The notes below the pieces were generated by a model. The model was not told the origin of the DNA. It saw nothing but the letters and a program-made list of their open reading frames with translations, and did not search any database. Positions 40,841 to 51,874 of a stretch of 64,000 bases of DNA are shown here, piece by piece. The position numbers were made by a program, and so were the translations under genes. Every line of letters begins with the position of its first letter. The stretch's first letter is position 1. The stretch is from an uncultured Pelagibacteraceae bacterium (GTDB lineage Bacteria; Pseudomonadota; Alphaproteobacteria; Pelagibacterales; Pelagibacteraceae), in contig CACJCG010000001.1 in NCBI GenBank assembly GCA_902591845.1, positions 1,080 to 65,079 on the forward strand. The letters are read 5' to 3'.

Positions 40841-40941
40841 AATTTTGTAATTGTTATTTTCATTAGTATTTTAATTTTTATAAATTTTGTTTTGTATTTC
40901 TGCCATATCTTTAACAAATTCCAAGATATAATGATATTAAA

Positions 40942-43278
40942 ATGAATAAATTTTTAAAGAATATTTTCCTATTAGTTTTATCATTTATTCTTTTATCAGG
41001 AATTTTGATAATTACTATATTATGGACATATTCTAATGATCTTCCAGATTATAAGTTTTTAAAAAACTATAAGCCACCAGTCTCAAGTAAAGTTTATTCA
41101 GGTAACGGGGATTTAGTTTCAGATTTTTCACAAGAAAAAAGAATATTTGTTCCTTTTAACTCTATTCCAAAGAATGTGATTAATGCTTTTTTATCGGCTG
41201 AAGATAAAAATTTTTTTTCACATCCAGGAGTAGATGCTAAAGGTGTAATTAGAGCAGTAATAAACAATATTTCAAACATAATATCTTCTAAAAGATTAGA
41301 AGGAGCATCCACAATTACTCAACAGGTTGCTAAAAATTTTTTATTAACAAATGAAGTAAGTTTAAATAGAAAAATTAAGGAAGCAATTTTAGCGTTTAGA
41401 ATTGAAAGAGCCTTATCTAAAGAGAGAATTTTGGAACTTTACCTAAATCAAATTTATCTTGGAAGTGGGGCTTATGGAGTGGCTGCTGCAAGTTTAGAAT
41501 ATTTTGATAAATCAATAAGAGATTTAAATTATTCGGAGGCTGCTTTACTAGCAGCCTTACCAAAAGCACCAAGTAGATATAACCCATATAGAGATATTGA
41601 GGTTGCAAAATTCAGAAGAAATTTAGTTTTAAAAAATTTATTTGAAAATAATTATTTGACATCAGAGTGGTATGAAAAACTCAAGAGTGAGAAAATAAAA
41701 TTAAAAAAAAATAAAAAAATTTATTTAGAAGATGCTCAATACTATATTGAAGATGTTAGAAAAAGTGTAATTGAAACTTTGAGTTACGATAAAGTTTATA
41801 AACAAGGTTTCAATATAAACACTCCAATAGATTTGAATTTGCAAACAATTGCAACAACATCTCTAAGAGATGGATTAATTGAATACGATAAAAGAAAGGG
41901 ATGGAGAGGACCACTAACAAACAAGGTTTATAATTCAGAATGGAAAAAAAATTTAGAAAAGTATAAATTAGAAAGTTCAATTAATTGGAAATTAGCAATA
42001 GTTAAAAAAGTAAATAAATTTTCAGCAGAAATTGAAACACAAGAAAACATTAAAGGTGTTATTGAATATCAGAGTATTTCTTGGACAAAGAAAGAATTCA
42101 ATAAACTCTTAAAACCTGGTGATATTATTTATGTTGAAAATACTAAAGAAAACATTTTTAATTTACAACAACTTCCAAAGGTAAATGGTGGAATTGTAGT
42201 AATGGATCCATTTACAGGCAGAGTTCTAGCACTAAGTGGAGGTTTTAGTTTTAAGCAAAGTGAATTTAATAGAGCAACTCAAGCTAAAAGACAACCAGGA
42301 TCAGCTTTTAAGCCATTTGTTTATGCATTAGCTTTAGAGAATAATTTTACACCAACATCATTAGTCCTAGATGCACCACTAGTTTTAGACCAAGGAGATG
42401 ATTTAAAAATGTGGAAACCAGAAAATTATGGAAAAAAATTTTATGGGCCTTCGACTTTAAGGGTTGGTTTGGAGAAATCTAGAAATCTAATGACAGTAAG
42501 AATAGCCCAAAATCTTGGTGTAGAGAAAATAGTTGATTTTTCAAAAGCATTAAAAATTTATGATAATCCAGAAGAACTTTTATCTATATCTTTGGGATCT
42601 GCTGAAACAACTCTATTAAAACTTACATCTGCTTATTCAGTTTTTGTTAATGGAGGAAAACTTGTTGAACCAATACTGATAGATAGAATCCAAGACAGTG
42701 AGGGAAACACTATTTTTAATAATGATAAAAGAAAATGTATTAATTGTGATCAAATTTCTTATTTAACCAATGATTATCCAGAGATTAAAAATAACTATAT
42801 GCAAATATTTTCTCCAGAAACAGCTTTTCAAATGACATCAATTTTAGAAGGAGTTGTTCAAAGAGGTACAGCTAAAAAACTAAAAGACTTAAATTTAAAT
42901 ATTGCAGGTAAAACCGGAACAACAAATAAAAATACAGATACTTGGTTCATAGGCTTTACCTCAAATTTATTAGTTGGTGTTTATGTTGGTTCAGATAACC
43001 CAACTTCATTAGGAAAATATGAAACAGGATCTAAAACTGCCTTACCTATATTCAAAAGTTTTATTAGCGATTCTGTTAATAAATATGATGCCAGACCATT
43101 TAAAGCTGCTAAAGGAACAGTAATGATGGTAGTAGATCCTTTAACTGGTCAAAAAGCAAAATTTAATTCAAAAAACACTATTATTGAGGTATTTAAAAAA
43201 GATAATGTAGTTGATGGGAAAGTTCTATATATAAATTCCAATAGATTAGATTCAAATAATATACTAAAATTTTACTAA
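40942..43278 (+). CDS. mrcA: Penicillin-binding protein 1A
   Basis: AEDKNFFSHPG, GASTITQQVAKN, RQPGSAFKP (SxxK), SRN, GKTGTTN. Confidence 0.96.
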   Translation: MNKFLKNIFLLVLSFILLSGILIITILWTYSNDLPDYKFLKNYKPPVSSKVYSGNGDLVSDFSQEKRIFVPFNSIPKNVINAFLSAEDKNFFSHPGVDAKGVIRAVINNISNIISSKRLEGASTITQQVAKNFLLTNEVSLNRKIKEAILAFRIERALSKERILELYLNQIYLGSGAYGVAAASLEYFDKSIRDLNYSEAALLAALPKAPSRYNPYRDIEVAKFRRNLVLKNLFENNYLTSEWYEKLKSEKIKLKKNKKIYLEDAQYYIEDVRKSVIETLSYDKVYKQGFNINTPIDLNLQTIATTSLRDGLIEYDKRKGWRGPLTNKVYNSEWKKNLEKYKLESSINWKLAIVKKVNKFSAEIETQENIKGVIEYQSISWTKKEFNKLLKPGDIIYVENTKENIFNLQQLPKVNGGIVVMDPFTGRVLALSGGFSFKQSEFNRATQAKRQPGSAFKPFVYALALENNFTPTSLVLDAPLVLDQGDDLKMWKPENYGKKFYGPSTLRVGLEKSRNLMTVRIAQNLGVEKIVDFSKALKIYDNPEELLSISLGSAETTLLKLTSAYSVFVNGGKLVEPILIDRIQDSEGNTIFNNDKRKCINCDQISYLTNDYPEIKNNYMQIFSPETAFQMTSILEGVVQRGTAKKLKDLNLNIAGKTGTTNKNTDTWFIGFTSNLLVGVYVGSDNPTSLGKYETGSKTALPIFKSFISDSVNKYDARPFKAAKGTVMMVVDPLTGQKAKFNSKNTIIEVFKKDNVVDGKVLYINSNRLDSNNILKFY

Positions 43279-44379
43279 TGAATGAAAATTATCAAAATAT
43301 TAAATTTGAAATAGTTAAAATAAATCAAAGAATACAGGAGTATCTTTGAAAAAAACAATATCCATTCAAAACTGCAATCTTTAAATTCACAAATGCTGAG
43401 TGCCAATTTTTGGCAAGATAAAAATAATTCTCAAAGAGTAATTAAAGAAAAGAAATTTTATGAAGATTTAACTAACTCTTTAAATAATAATGTTGAAAAA
43501 TTAAAAGATTTAGATGATTTGAGTCAACTGGCGCTTGAAGAAGAGAATTTACAAGTTCAAAAAGAAGTTCTACAAAATATAAAAGATTTAAGAAGTGAAG
43601 TTAAAAAAAATGAAATTAAATGTTTTTTATCTAATGAAGCAGACCCTTTAAATTGTTACATAGAAATACATGCTGGTGCTGGAGGTACAGAAAGTCAAGA
43701 TTGGGCTGATATGCTAAGAAGAATGTATTTAAAATGGTCTGATAAAAAAAATTTTAAATCAAGTTTAATTAGTGAACATAGAGGCGACGAGGCTGGGATT
43801 AAGTCTGCAACAATTAAAATAGATGGTGACTATGTTTTTGGATGGTTAAAAAAAGAATCGGGAATACATAGATTAGTTAGGATATCTCCATTTGACTCCG
43901 GAGCAAGAAGGCACACAAGTTTTGCAAGTGTTTGGATTTATCCAGTTGTAGATGAAAATATAAATATAGAAATTTTAGAAAAAGATTTAAGAATAGACAC
44001 CTATCGTTCCAGTGGAGCAGGTGGCCAGCACGTTAACACTACTGATAGCGCAGTTAGAATAACACATATTCCCTCAAAAATTGTTGTTCAATGCCAAAAT
44101 GAAAGATCTCAACATAAAAATAAAGTAACATGCATGAATATGTTGAAAGCAAGATTGTACGATTATGAAATTAAAAAAAGAGAGCAAGAAAGTCAAAATG
44201 TTGAAAGTTCTAAATCAGAAATAGGATGGGGTCATCAAATCAGATCATATGTTTTACAACCTTATCAACTTGTAAAAGATAATAGAACTAATTTTGAAAG
44301 CACCAGTCCTGATAAAGTATTAGACGGTGATATAGATGAATTTTTGGAACAATCGCTTTATAAATTAAATGAAAAATAA
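43278..44379 (+). CDS. prfB: Peptide chain release factor 2, expressed through a programmed +1 frameshift
   Basis: ATG 43278 opens 23 codons ending AGGAG TAT CTT TGA (43336-43349). The +1 frame is open into the track ORF with GAGGTESQDW, SPF and GGQ motifs. Confidence 0.95.
43336..43350 (+). promoter_or_regulatory. prfB programmed +1 ribosomal frameshift site
   Basis: Internal SD AGGAG, 3-nt spacer TAT, slippery CTT-TGA. Confidence 0.92.
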
Positions 44380-46795
44380 TATTTTAAAATATTTTATCCT
44401 ACTTCTGTCAGTGTTAGTTATTTTGACAATTTACCTTAGTACAGTAGGTATAGAGACAGATAAATTTAACGATCAAATTAAAAAAAGAATTTCACTAATA
44501 AATAAAAAGATAGATATAGATTTAAAAAAAATTAAATTAACTCTAGACCCTTTTAAACTTAAAATTTATGCAAAAACAGTTGGTACTACAGTATATATTT
44601 CAAAAAGACCTTTAGCATTAGAAAGCATTAAAACTCAGGTTTCACTAAGTTCTTTAATTAAAAATAAGATTTCATCTTCAAATATTGAGGTAACAACTAA
44701 GTCTATATTATTAAATGATTTAATTAAATTTATTCGGACCAAATATAATAAACCCGAATTATTTATATTAGAAAAAATTGTAAAAAAAGGTCATGTAATT
44801 ATAGACCTGAGTTTAAACATTGATGAAAATGGTAAACTTAAAAATGATTATAAAATTAAAGGTTTGATAAAAGATGCAAGTATTAATTTTTTAAATAAGG
44901 CTAATATTAAGAATATAAATTTTAATTTCAATTTTCAAAAAGACAATTATATTTTTAATGAAATAAATTTTAGAGCGCAAGAAGTAAAATTTATTTCAAA
45001 AAAACTGAACGTAAAAAAGAAAAAAAATATCTTTTTAATTGATGCTATTGTTGAAAACGATCAGTCAAGTTTAAATTCAAATATATTAAAATTATTAAAT
45101 TTAAGTTTTGAAAATATAATTGTTGATGATGCTAAATTTAAAACAAATAATGAATTTTCTTTGGAAATTGATGAAAAATTCAAAGTTAAAAATATTATAT
45201 TAAGTTCAGATATAAATATTACTCAGCTTAAATATAAAAAATTAAAAATAATTAATAATTATTTTCCTGAAGTTGATGACTTAATTTTACTCGATAATCA
45301 TAAATTGAATTTAAATTATAAGGATAATAATTTATCAATTAACGGTGAGGGACAAATTCAGTTAAATACAGATGAAGTAGATGAAATTAAATATTTGATA
45401 AATAAAAAAGATAAGGATTTAAGTATAGACTCAGAATTATTTTTAAAAAATATAGTTTTAGAAAATCAAGATTTTTTAAAAATTTTCTTCCCTCAAACTA
45501 ATAAAAATATTAATTTTAATGATCAAAAATTAAAAATTAATTTTAAAAATAATAATCTAACTTTTTCAGGTTCTGGAAAATTTAAAATCGATAAAGATTT
45601 TGAGGAAATTGATTATTTTATTGAGAAAAAAGAAAATAATATAAGTTTTAATACTAATCTAAATGTAAAAAATACAAAATTTCAAATTGATAATATTAAT
45701 TATAAAAAAAAAGATAAAAGTAAAATGAATCTTCTGATTAATGGAGAACTAAAAAATAATAAAAATCTTAATATAAATAGCTTTATTATTAATGAAGAAA
45801 ATAATAACATAAAAATTAAGAATTTATCTCTCAACGATTTTAATCAAATAATAAAAATTGATCAGGCAAATTTTAATTATTTAGATACGGAAAATAAAAA
45901 AAATAATTACAATATAAAAAAAGTAGAAGGCCAAAATTATTTAATTGATGGCACCTCATTTAATGCAAATTCTTTAATTTCGAATTTACTGGATACTGAT
46001 GATAAAAAAGAAAACAATCTTTTTAAAAATAACGTAAGTATGGACCTAAATTTCGAGGAAGTTTACTTTGATAAAATATATTTTGTAAAAGATTTAAAAG
46101 GAAAGATAAAAATTATTAATAATAAAGTAGAAGAAGCAGATATTTTGGCTTCTTATAACAATTCACAGAATATAAAATTTACAATTAAAACAAATGATAA
46201 AGGTGAAAAAATTACCACTCTTTTTTCATCTAAGGCAAAACCTTTAGTAGATAGATATAAATTCATAAAAGGATTTAAAGATGACAAAGAAGGATATTTA
46301 GACTTTTATTCTTTGAAAAAAGATGGAGTTTCAACTTCTAAATTAGTAATTGATAATTTTAAAGTTAAAGAAATTCCAGCGCTAGCCAAGTTATTGGCTC
46401 TCGCATCTCTTCAAGGAATAGCTGACTTACTTACTGGTGAGGGAATTAGATTTACAGATTTTGAAATGACCTTTTCTAACAAAAATAAAGTTATGACAAT
46501 TAAAGAATTATATGCAATTGGACCAGCAATATCTATTTTACTGGAAGGCTATATTGCAGATGATAATTTAGTAAGTTTAAGAGGCACTTTGGTTCCAGCA
46601 ACTACAATAAATAGATCTATTGCCTCAATACCTTTATTAGGAGATTTACTCATTGGAAAGAAAGTTGGTGAAGGTGTTTTTGGAGTTAGCTTTAAAATTA
46701 AAGGTCCCCCTAAAGATTTAGAAACCACTGTAAATCCAATAAAAACTTTAACACCCAGATTTATTACCAGAACTTTAGAGAAAATTAAAAAATAG
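44369..46795 (+). CDS. AsmA/YhdP-like envelope (lipid-bridge type) protein
   Basis: N-terminal TM anchor, long beta-rich body, C-terminus GTLVPA..IPLLGDLLIG..GVFGVSFKIKGP..VNPIKTLTP. Confidence 0.75.
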   Translation: MKNNILKYFILLLSVLVILTIYLSTVGIETDKFNDQIKKRISLINKKIDIDLKKIKLTLDPFKLKIYAKTVGTTVYISKRPLALESIKTQVSLSSLIKNKISSSNIEVTTKSILLNDLIKFIRTKYNKPELFILEKIVKKGHVIIDLSLNIDENGKLKNDYKIKGLIKDASINFLNKANIKNINFNFNFQKDNYIFNEINFRAQEVKFISKKLNVKKKKNIFLIDAIVENDQSSLNSNILKLLNLSFENIIVDDAKFKTNNEFSLEIDEKFKVKNIILSSDINITQLKYKKLKIINNYFPEVDDLILLDNHKLNLNYKDNNLSINGEGQIQLNTDEVDEIKYLINKKDKDLSIDSELFLKNIVLENQDFLKIFFPQTNKNINFNDQKLKINFKNNNLTFSGSGKFKIDKDFEEIDYFIEKKENNISFNTNLNVKNTKFQIDNINYKKKDKSKMNLLINGELKNNKNLNINSFIINEENNNIKIKNLSLNDFNQIIKIDQANFNYLDTENKKNNYNIKKVEGQNYLIDGTSFNANSLISNLLDTDDKKENNLFKNNVSMDLNFEEVYFDKIYFVKDLKGKIKIINNKVEEADILASYNNSQNIKFTIKTNDKGEKITTLFSSKAKPLVDRYKFIKGFKDDKEGYLDFYSLKKDGVSTSKLVIDNFKVKEIPALAKLLALASLQGIADLLTGEGIRFTDFEMTFSNKNKVMTIKELYAIGPAISILLEGYIADDNLVSLRGTLVPATTINRSIASIPLLGDLLIGKKVGEGVFGVSFKIKGPPKDLETTVNPIKTLTPRFITRTLEKIKK

Positions 46796-48025
46796 TTAAT
46801 TTAATTCTATTTTAATATGCCTTTTTTTTCCGAGGGAAAGTTTAAGATAGTTTTTTTTAAATAAATTTTTATTAATTTCAAATTTTTCATCTGAAATAAC
46901 ATTGTCATTTATTTTAACTGCATTACCTTTTATAAGTCTTCTGATTTCGCTTTTCGAGTTTTCTAATTTAGATAACAAAACAAGGTCTACTATATTAATT
47001 TTTTTTTCTAATTTATTAGATTGAATATTTACTTTTGGCAAGTTTGCACCAAGTGAGTTTCCTGAAAAAGCTTCTTTTGCTGCTTGCTCAGAATTTTTTG
47101 CCGCCACCTTTCCATGCAACATTTCTGTAGTTTTATTAGCAAGTAGTATTTTTAATTCATTTATATCTTTATCTTTAATTGTTTCTATTTCTTTGATTTC
47201 AATTTCAGTAAACATTTTTAAAAATTTAATTACATCTCTATCATCTATGTTTCTCCAAAACTGCCAATAATCATAAGCTGATAAGTATTTTTCATCCAAC
47301 CAAATAGCCCCACTTTCAGTTTTTCCCATTTTAGCACCAGTTGCTAGTGTAATTAAGGGCGTTGTTAAACCAAAGGTTTGATTATTAGAATATCTTTTTA
47401 TAAGCTCAACACCATTAACAATGTTCCCCCATTGATCTGAACCTCCGATTTGTAAGACACAATTTTCTTTCTTATTTAATTCAAGGAAGTCATATGCTTG
47501 TAAAATCATATAATTAAACTCCATATAGCTCAAAGATTGTTCTCTATCCAATCTGAGCTTTACACTATCAAACGTTAGCATTCTATTTATAGTGAAATGT
47601 TTTCCTATATCCCTCAAAAATGAAATATAATTTAAATCTTTAAGCCAAGTATAATTATTTACAAATATTGGTTTTGTATTTGGATTATCGTTATCCAAAT
47701 ATTTTTTTAAAATATTTTTGATATTTTTAATATTTTTTTCTATTTCTTCTTCGCTTAATATTTTTCTCGTTTTGTCTTTACCAGACGGATCCCCAATTCT
47801 TGTAGTTCCTCCACCAAGTAAAACAATTGGTCGATGTCCATTTTTTTGAAGCAGTCGCAAACACATAATTTGCAATAAGCTACCTACATGTAAGCTTTCA
47901 GCTGTACAATCAAAACCTATGTAACCTTTAATCTTTTCTTCATCTAATTGTTCTGATAAGTCATCTTCACTTGTACATTGATAGAAAAAACCTCTATCTT
48001 TAAATTCTTTTAAAAATTTATTCAT
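46796..48025 (-). CDS. tyrS: Tyrosine-tRNA ligase
   Basis: YIGFDCTAESLHVGS, QIGGSDQWGNI, KMGKT, C-terminal S4 domain. Confidence 0.97.
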   Translation of the reverse strand: MNKFLKEFKDRGFFYQCTSEDDLSEQLDEEKIKGYIGFDCTAESLHVGSLLQIMCLRLLQKNGHRPIVLLGGGTTRIGDPSGKDKTRKILSEEEIEKNIKNIKNILKKYLDNDNPNTKPIFVNNYTWLKDLNYISFLRDIGKHFTINRMLTFDSVKLRLDREQSLSYMEFNYMILQAYDFLELNKKENCVLQIGGSDQWGNIVNGVELIKRYSNNQTFGLTTPLITLATGAKMGKTESGAIWLDEKYLSAYDYWQFWRNIDDRDVIKFLKMFTEIEIKEIETIKDKDINELKILLANKTTEMLHGKVAAKNSEQAAKEAFSGNSLGANLPKVNIQSNKLEKKINIVDLVLLSKLENSKSEIRRLIKGNAVKINDNVISDEKFEINKNLFKKNYLKLSLGKKRHIKIELN

Positions 48026-48070
48026 AAGTTTATAGTTACAATATACAAATTTTTTTTAAAAAACATATCA

Positions 48071-49213
48071 ATGAAAAAAAAATTATATACTGCAATTGGA
48101 TTAATGAGCGGAACATCTATGGATGGTGTTGATTTATCTATAATAAGTTCAGATGGATACCATGAATTTTCAAACATTTTAGATGATTATTATGAGTATG
48201 ATAAAAATCTTCAGGATCAGTTAGTTCGATTAAGAGATCTAGTCCTAACAAAGAATGATCTTTTACAAAATTCAGAAAAATTAAGAGAATTAGAGCGTAA
48301 TTTAACTCTTTTTCATGCAGATGCAGTTAAACAATCATTAAAAACATATAGAGATACAATTGATTTAATAGGTTTTCATGGTCAAACCATCTTTCATAAC
48401 CCAGATGAGAAAACTACCAACCAATTAGGAGATGGAAAATTGTTATCTCAAATAGTTAAAAAAAAAGTCATATATGACTTTAGACAAGCCGATATTCAAA
48501 ATAATGGTCAAGGTGCACCTTTAACACCAATTTTCCATCATATTTTATCAAAAAAAATCAATCAAAATTTTAATATTAAATTTCCAATAGGTTTCTTAAA
48601 TATTGGCGGTATAGCAAATGTTACAAAAGTTATTAATGTTTCAGACAAATTTCAAAATAACCTTTTTGCTTTTGATATAGGTCCTGGTAATTGTTTAATT
48701 GATGAGTGGGTAAGAAAAAATTCCAAAAAAAAATTTGATAAAAACGGCGAGCTAGCTAATGCAGGGAAAGTTGATAAATTAATTCTAAATCAGATAATAG
48801 ATAATTTTAAAATAAATTCTTACTCTCAGTCATTGGATACTAAAAATTTCGATGTATCCTTTGCGAGAGGTTTATCTTTAGAAGATGGTTGTGCTACTAT
48901 AACAGATTTTACAGCGTATTTGATTGCAGAAGGATTAAAATATATTGCTCAAAAAAATAGTATTAAATTTTTACTCTGTGGTGGTGGTAGAAAAAATATA
49001 AATTTAATTGATTGTATTAAAAATTATTTATCAAACGAAAATAATATTACTTTGGAAATTATAGATAATTACAATTTAAAAGGTGATTATATTGAATCTC
49101 AGGCATTTGCATTTTTAGCTATAAGATCATTTTTAAATTTACCAATTTCATTTAGCACAACAACTGGATGTAAAGAATTTACAGTAGGTGGAAAATTAGT
49201 AGAAAATTTTTAA
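48071..49213 (+). CDS. anmK: Anhydro-N-acetylmuramic acid kinase
   Basis: GLMSGTSMDGVD, GFHGQTI, GQGAPL, NIGGIAN, FDIGPGN, CGGGRKN. Confidence 0.95.
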   Translation: MKKKLYTAIGLMSGTSMDGVDLSIISSDGYHEFSNILDDYYEYDKNLQDQLVRLRDLVLTKNDLLQNSEKLRELERNLTLFHADAVKQSLKTYRDTIDLIGFHGQTIFHNPDEKTTNQLGDGKLLSQIVKKKVIYDFRQADIQNNGQGAPLTPIFHHILSKKINQNFNIKFPIGFLNIGGIANVTKVINVSDKFQNNLFAFDIGPGNCLIDEWVRKNSKKKFDKNGELANAGKVDKLILNQIIDNFKINSYSQSLDTKNFDVSFARGLSLEDGCATITDFTAYLIAEGLKYIAQKNSIKFLLCGGGRKNINLIDCIKNYLSNENNITLEIIDNYNLKGDYIESQAFAFLAIRSFLNLPISFSTTTGCKEFTVGGKLVENF

Positions 49214-49866
49214 TACAATGCAGTTTCTTTTTTTATATACTTGTCTAAATATTTAACTAAGTCTTCACTTGTTTTAGAGAAAAAATGATTAGCTTCAGCT
49301 ATTGCATTAAATTCAACTTTAATCCCTTTTTGAGAACTTAATCTTTTATCCAGCTCTGTAATATATTCCGATGGTACTAGCTCATCTTTTTTACCATAAG
49401 CAATTAATCCTGAAGTTGGACATGGTGATAAAAAAGAAAAATCGTATACGTTAGGTTGAGGTGAAATAGCTATAAATCTATTTATCTCAGGCCTTCTCAT
49501 TAACAGCTGCATGGCTATCAATGATCCAAATGAAAAACCAGATACCCAACATTGAGAATTGTCAAAATTTTCTCTCTCCAACCAATCTAAAGCTGCTGCA
49601 GCATCAGCAAGCTCACCTTGACCATTATCAAATTCCCCATCACTTTTACCAACACCTCTAAAATTTACTCTACAAACTGAAAAATCGTTATCCATAAAAG
49701 TATGAAAAATATCTACTACAACTTTATTATTCATCGTTCCTCCATATTGAGGATGTGGCTGTAATACTAAAGCAATTGGAGATGTATTTTTTTTACTTTT
49801 ATAATATTTAGCTTCTAGCCTTCCTGCGGGACCAGGTATAAATATTTCTAAAATTTTATTATCCAT
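49210..49866 (-). CDS. Alpha/beta hydrolase (conserved neighbour of iscR-suf)
   Basis: GPAGRLE, PHPQYGGTMNNKVV, NFRGVG, GFSFG nucleophile elbow, ANHFF. Confidence 0.9.
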   Translation of the reverse strand: MDNKILEIFIPGPAGRLEAKYYKSKKNTSPIALVLQPHPQYGGTMNNKVVVDIFHTFMDNDFSVCRVNFRGVGKSDGEFDNGQGELADAAAALDWLERENFDNSQCWVSGFSFGSLIAMQLLMRRPEINRFIAISPQPNVYDFSFLSPCPTSGLIAYGKKDELVPSEYITELDKRLSSQKGIKVEFNAIAEANHFFSKTSEDLVKYLDKYIKKETALY

Positions 49867-49949
49867 AAAGCGATATTGATTATTATTCTCAAAAAAAATG
49901 TACGTTTATCACAAGTCAGCGACAATATGTGAGTTTTTTTTTAAACTCT

Positions 49950-49974
49950 AAACTTGACCATTTTGGTCAGGTAT
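49950..49974 (+). promoter_or_regulatory. IscR type-1-like operator overlapping the -35 of the iscR-suf promoter
   Basis: AAACTTGACCATTTTGGTCAGGTAT contains a perfect TGACCA-N3-TGGTCA repeat and matches 22/25 positions of the E. coli type-1 consensus as I recall it (ATASYYGACTRWWWYAGTCRRSTAT); TTGACC 49954, TATAAA 49976. Confidence 0.8.
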
Positions 49975-50004
49975 GTATAAAAACCCACAATTTAAGGGTA
50001 AAAT

Positions 50005-50430
50005 ATGAAACTTACATCAAAAGGAAGATATGCTGTAATGGCATTAGTGGATTTAGCTAGGTTTGACAATATCAATCCAGTATCACTAAGAGATATATCT
50101 TTAAGACAAGGTATTTCGTTAGATTACCTTGAGCAAATTTTTTCTAAATTAAAAAAAAATGAAATTGTAAAAAGTATTAGAGGAACTCAAGGAGGATATG
50201 TTCTTAATAAAAATCCCAATGATATAAAATTAACAAATATTTTTCATGCAGTAGATGAAAAAGTAAAAACAGTTCAATGTAGAAAAGAATCTAAAAAAGG
50301 ATGCAACGGTAAAGCTACAAAGTGTATTACTCATAATCTATGGGACGAATTAGAGACACACATAAATACATTCTTTGAAAATAAAAGCCTAAAAGATTTA
50401 TTAAACAACAATAAAGAAACAAGACTTTAG
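50005..50430 (+). CDS. iscR: Rrf2-family Fe-S regulator IscR
   Basis: [26 protein letters not shown], three Cys plus His (C..GC..C.TH.LW). Confidence 0.9.
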   Translation: MKLTSKGRYAVMALVDLARFDNINPVSLRDISLRQGISLDYLEQIFSKLKKNEIVKSIRGTQGGYVLNKNPNDIKLTNIFHAVDEKVKTVQCRKESKKGCNGKATKCITHNLWDELETHINTFFENKSLKDLLNNNKETRL

Positions 50431-50431
50431 A

Positions 50432-51874
50432 ATGGATAACAGACAAAAAGAAATAAATAATTTAAAAGACTATAAATATGGTTTTTCAACGGATATAGAA
50501 AGTATTAAAGCCCCAAAAGGTTTGAATGAAGATGTTATTAAATTTATTTCTAATATTAAAAAAGAACCTGCATGGATGCTTGAGTTTAGATTAAAAGCTT
50601 TTGAAAGATTTAAAGTATTGAAAGAACCAAATTGGCAGAAACCTAAATTTCCAAAAATAGATTATCAAGATTTATATTACTACTCTGCCCCTAAAAGCAT
50701 GAAAGATAAGCCAAAGAGCTTAGATGAACTGGATCCTAAACTTTTAGAAACTTATAAGAAACTTGGAATTCCTTTGCAAGAGCAAGCGAGATTAAATGGA
50801 ATAGCTGTTGATGCTGTATTCGATTCAGTTTCAGTGGCTACTACTTTTAAAGATGAATTAACAAAGCAAGGAATTATATTTTGCCCCATATCAGAGGCAA
50901 TTCAAAATCACCCTGAATTAGTCAAAAAATATTTAGGCTCTGTAATCCCAACAAGTGATCATTTTTTTGCAACATTAAATTCAGCAGTTTTTACAGATGG
51001 TTCTTTTGTATACATTCCAGAGGGAGTTAGATGTCCAATGGAGCTATCTACTTATTTTAGAATTAATGCATCAAATACAGGTCAATTTGAAAGAACTTTA
51101 ATCATTGCAGACAAAGGAAGTTATGTAAGTTACTTAGAAGGATGTACAGCTCCTATGAGAGATGAAAATCAATTACATGCTGCTAATGTAGAATTAATTG
51201 CACTCGATGATGCAGAAATAAAATATTCAACAGTTCAAAATTGGTATCCAGGTGATAAAGATGGCAAAGGTGGGATTTATAATTTTGTAACAAAAAGAGG
51301 TTTGTGTAAAGGAAAAAATTCTAAAATTTCATGGACACAAGTTGAAACGGGTTCTGCAATTACCTGGAAGTATCCTAGTTGTATTCTTAAAGGAGATAAC
51401 TCTGTTGGTGAGTTCTATTCAATAGCAATTACCAACAATCATCAAAAAGCAGATACAGGAACTAAAATGATTCATTTAGGTAAAAATACTAAAAGTAAAA
51501 TAATTTCGAAAGGAATATCGGCGGGTAGTTCTGACATGACTTATAGAGGCCTAGTAGACATTTCATCAAAAGCAAAAAATTCTACTAATTACACTCAATG
51601 TGACTCTTTACTAATGGGTAATAAATGTGGAGCTCACACTGTTCCTTATATAAAAAATAAAAATTCTGAGTCCAATATTGCTCATGAGGCAACCACATCC
51701 AAGATTAGTGAAGAGCAGTTACATTATTGTCAACAAAGAGGATTAAATCCAGAGGAAGCAGTTGGCTTGATTGTTAACGGTTTTTGTAAAGAAGTATTGC
51801 AACAATTACCTATGGAATTCGCTGTAGAAGCTCAAAAACTTGTAGGTATCAGTCTAGAAGGAAGTGTAGGTTAA
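50432..51874 (+). CDS. sufB: Fe-S cluster assembly protein SufB
   Basis: [36 protein letters not shown]. Confidence 0.98.
   Translation: MDNRQKEINNLKDYKYGFSTDIESIKAPKGLNEDVIKFISNIKKEPAWMLEFRLKAFERFKVLKEPNWQKPKFPKIDYQDLYYYSAPKSMKDKPKSLDELDPKLLETYKKLGIPLQEQARLNGIAVDAVFDSVSVATTFKDELTKQGIIFCPISEAIQNHPELVKKYLGSVIPTSDHFFATLNSAVFTDGSFVYIPEGVRCPMELSTYFRINASNTGQFERTLIIADKGSYVSYLEGCTAPMRDENQLHAANVELIALDDAEIKYSTVQNWYPGDKDGKGGIYNFVTKRGLCKGKNSKISWTQVETGSAITWKYPSCILKGDNSVGEFYSIAITNNHQKADTGTKMIHLGKNTKSKIISKGISAGSSDMTYRGLVDISSKAKNSTNYTQCDSLLMGNKCGAHTVPYIKNKNSESNIAHEATTSKISEEQLHYCQQRGLNPEEAVGLIVNGFCKEVLQQLPMEFAVEAQKLVGISLEGSVG

Noticed and set aside
43393-44379. prfB as a truncated gene or pseudogene
   Set aside because: Fully explained by the programmed frameshift signal at 43336-43350.
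49931-49948. GAGTTT-T6-AAACTC hairpin as a terminator
   Set aside because: It lies between divergent genes where no transcript should end; the stem is weak and there is no following U-tract.
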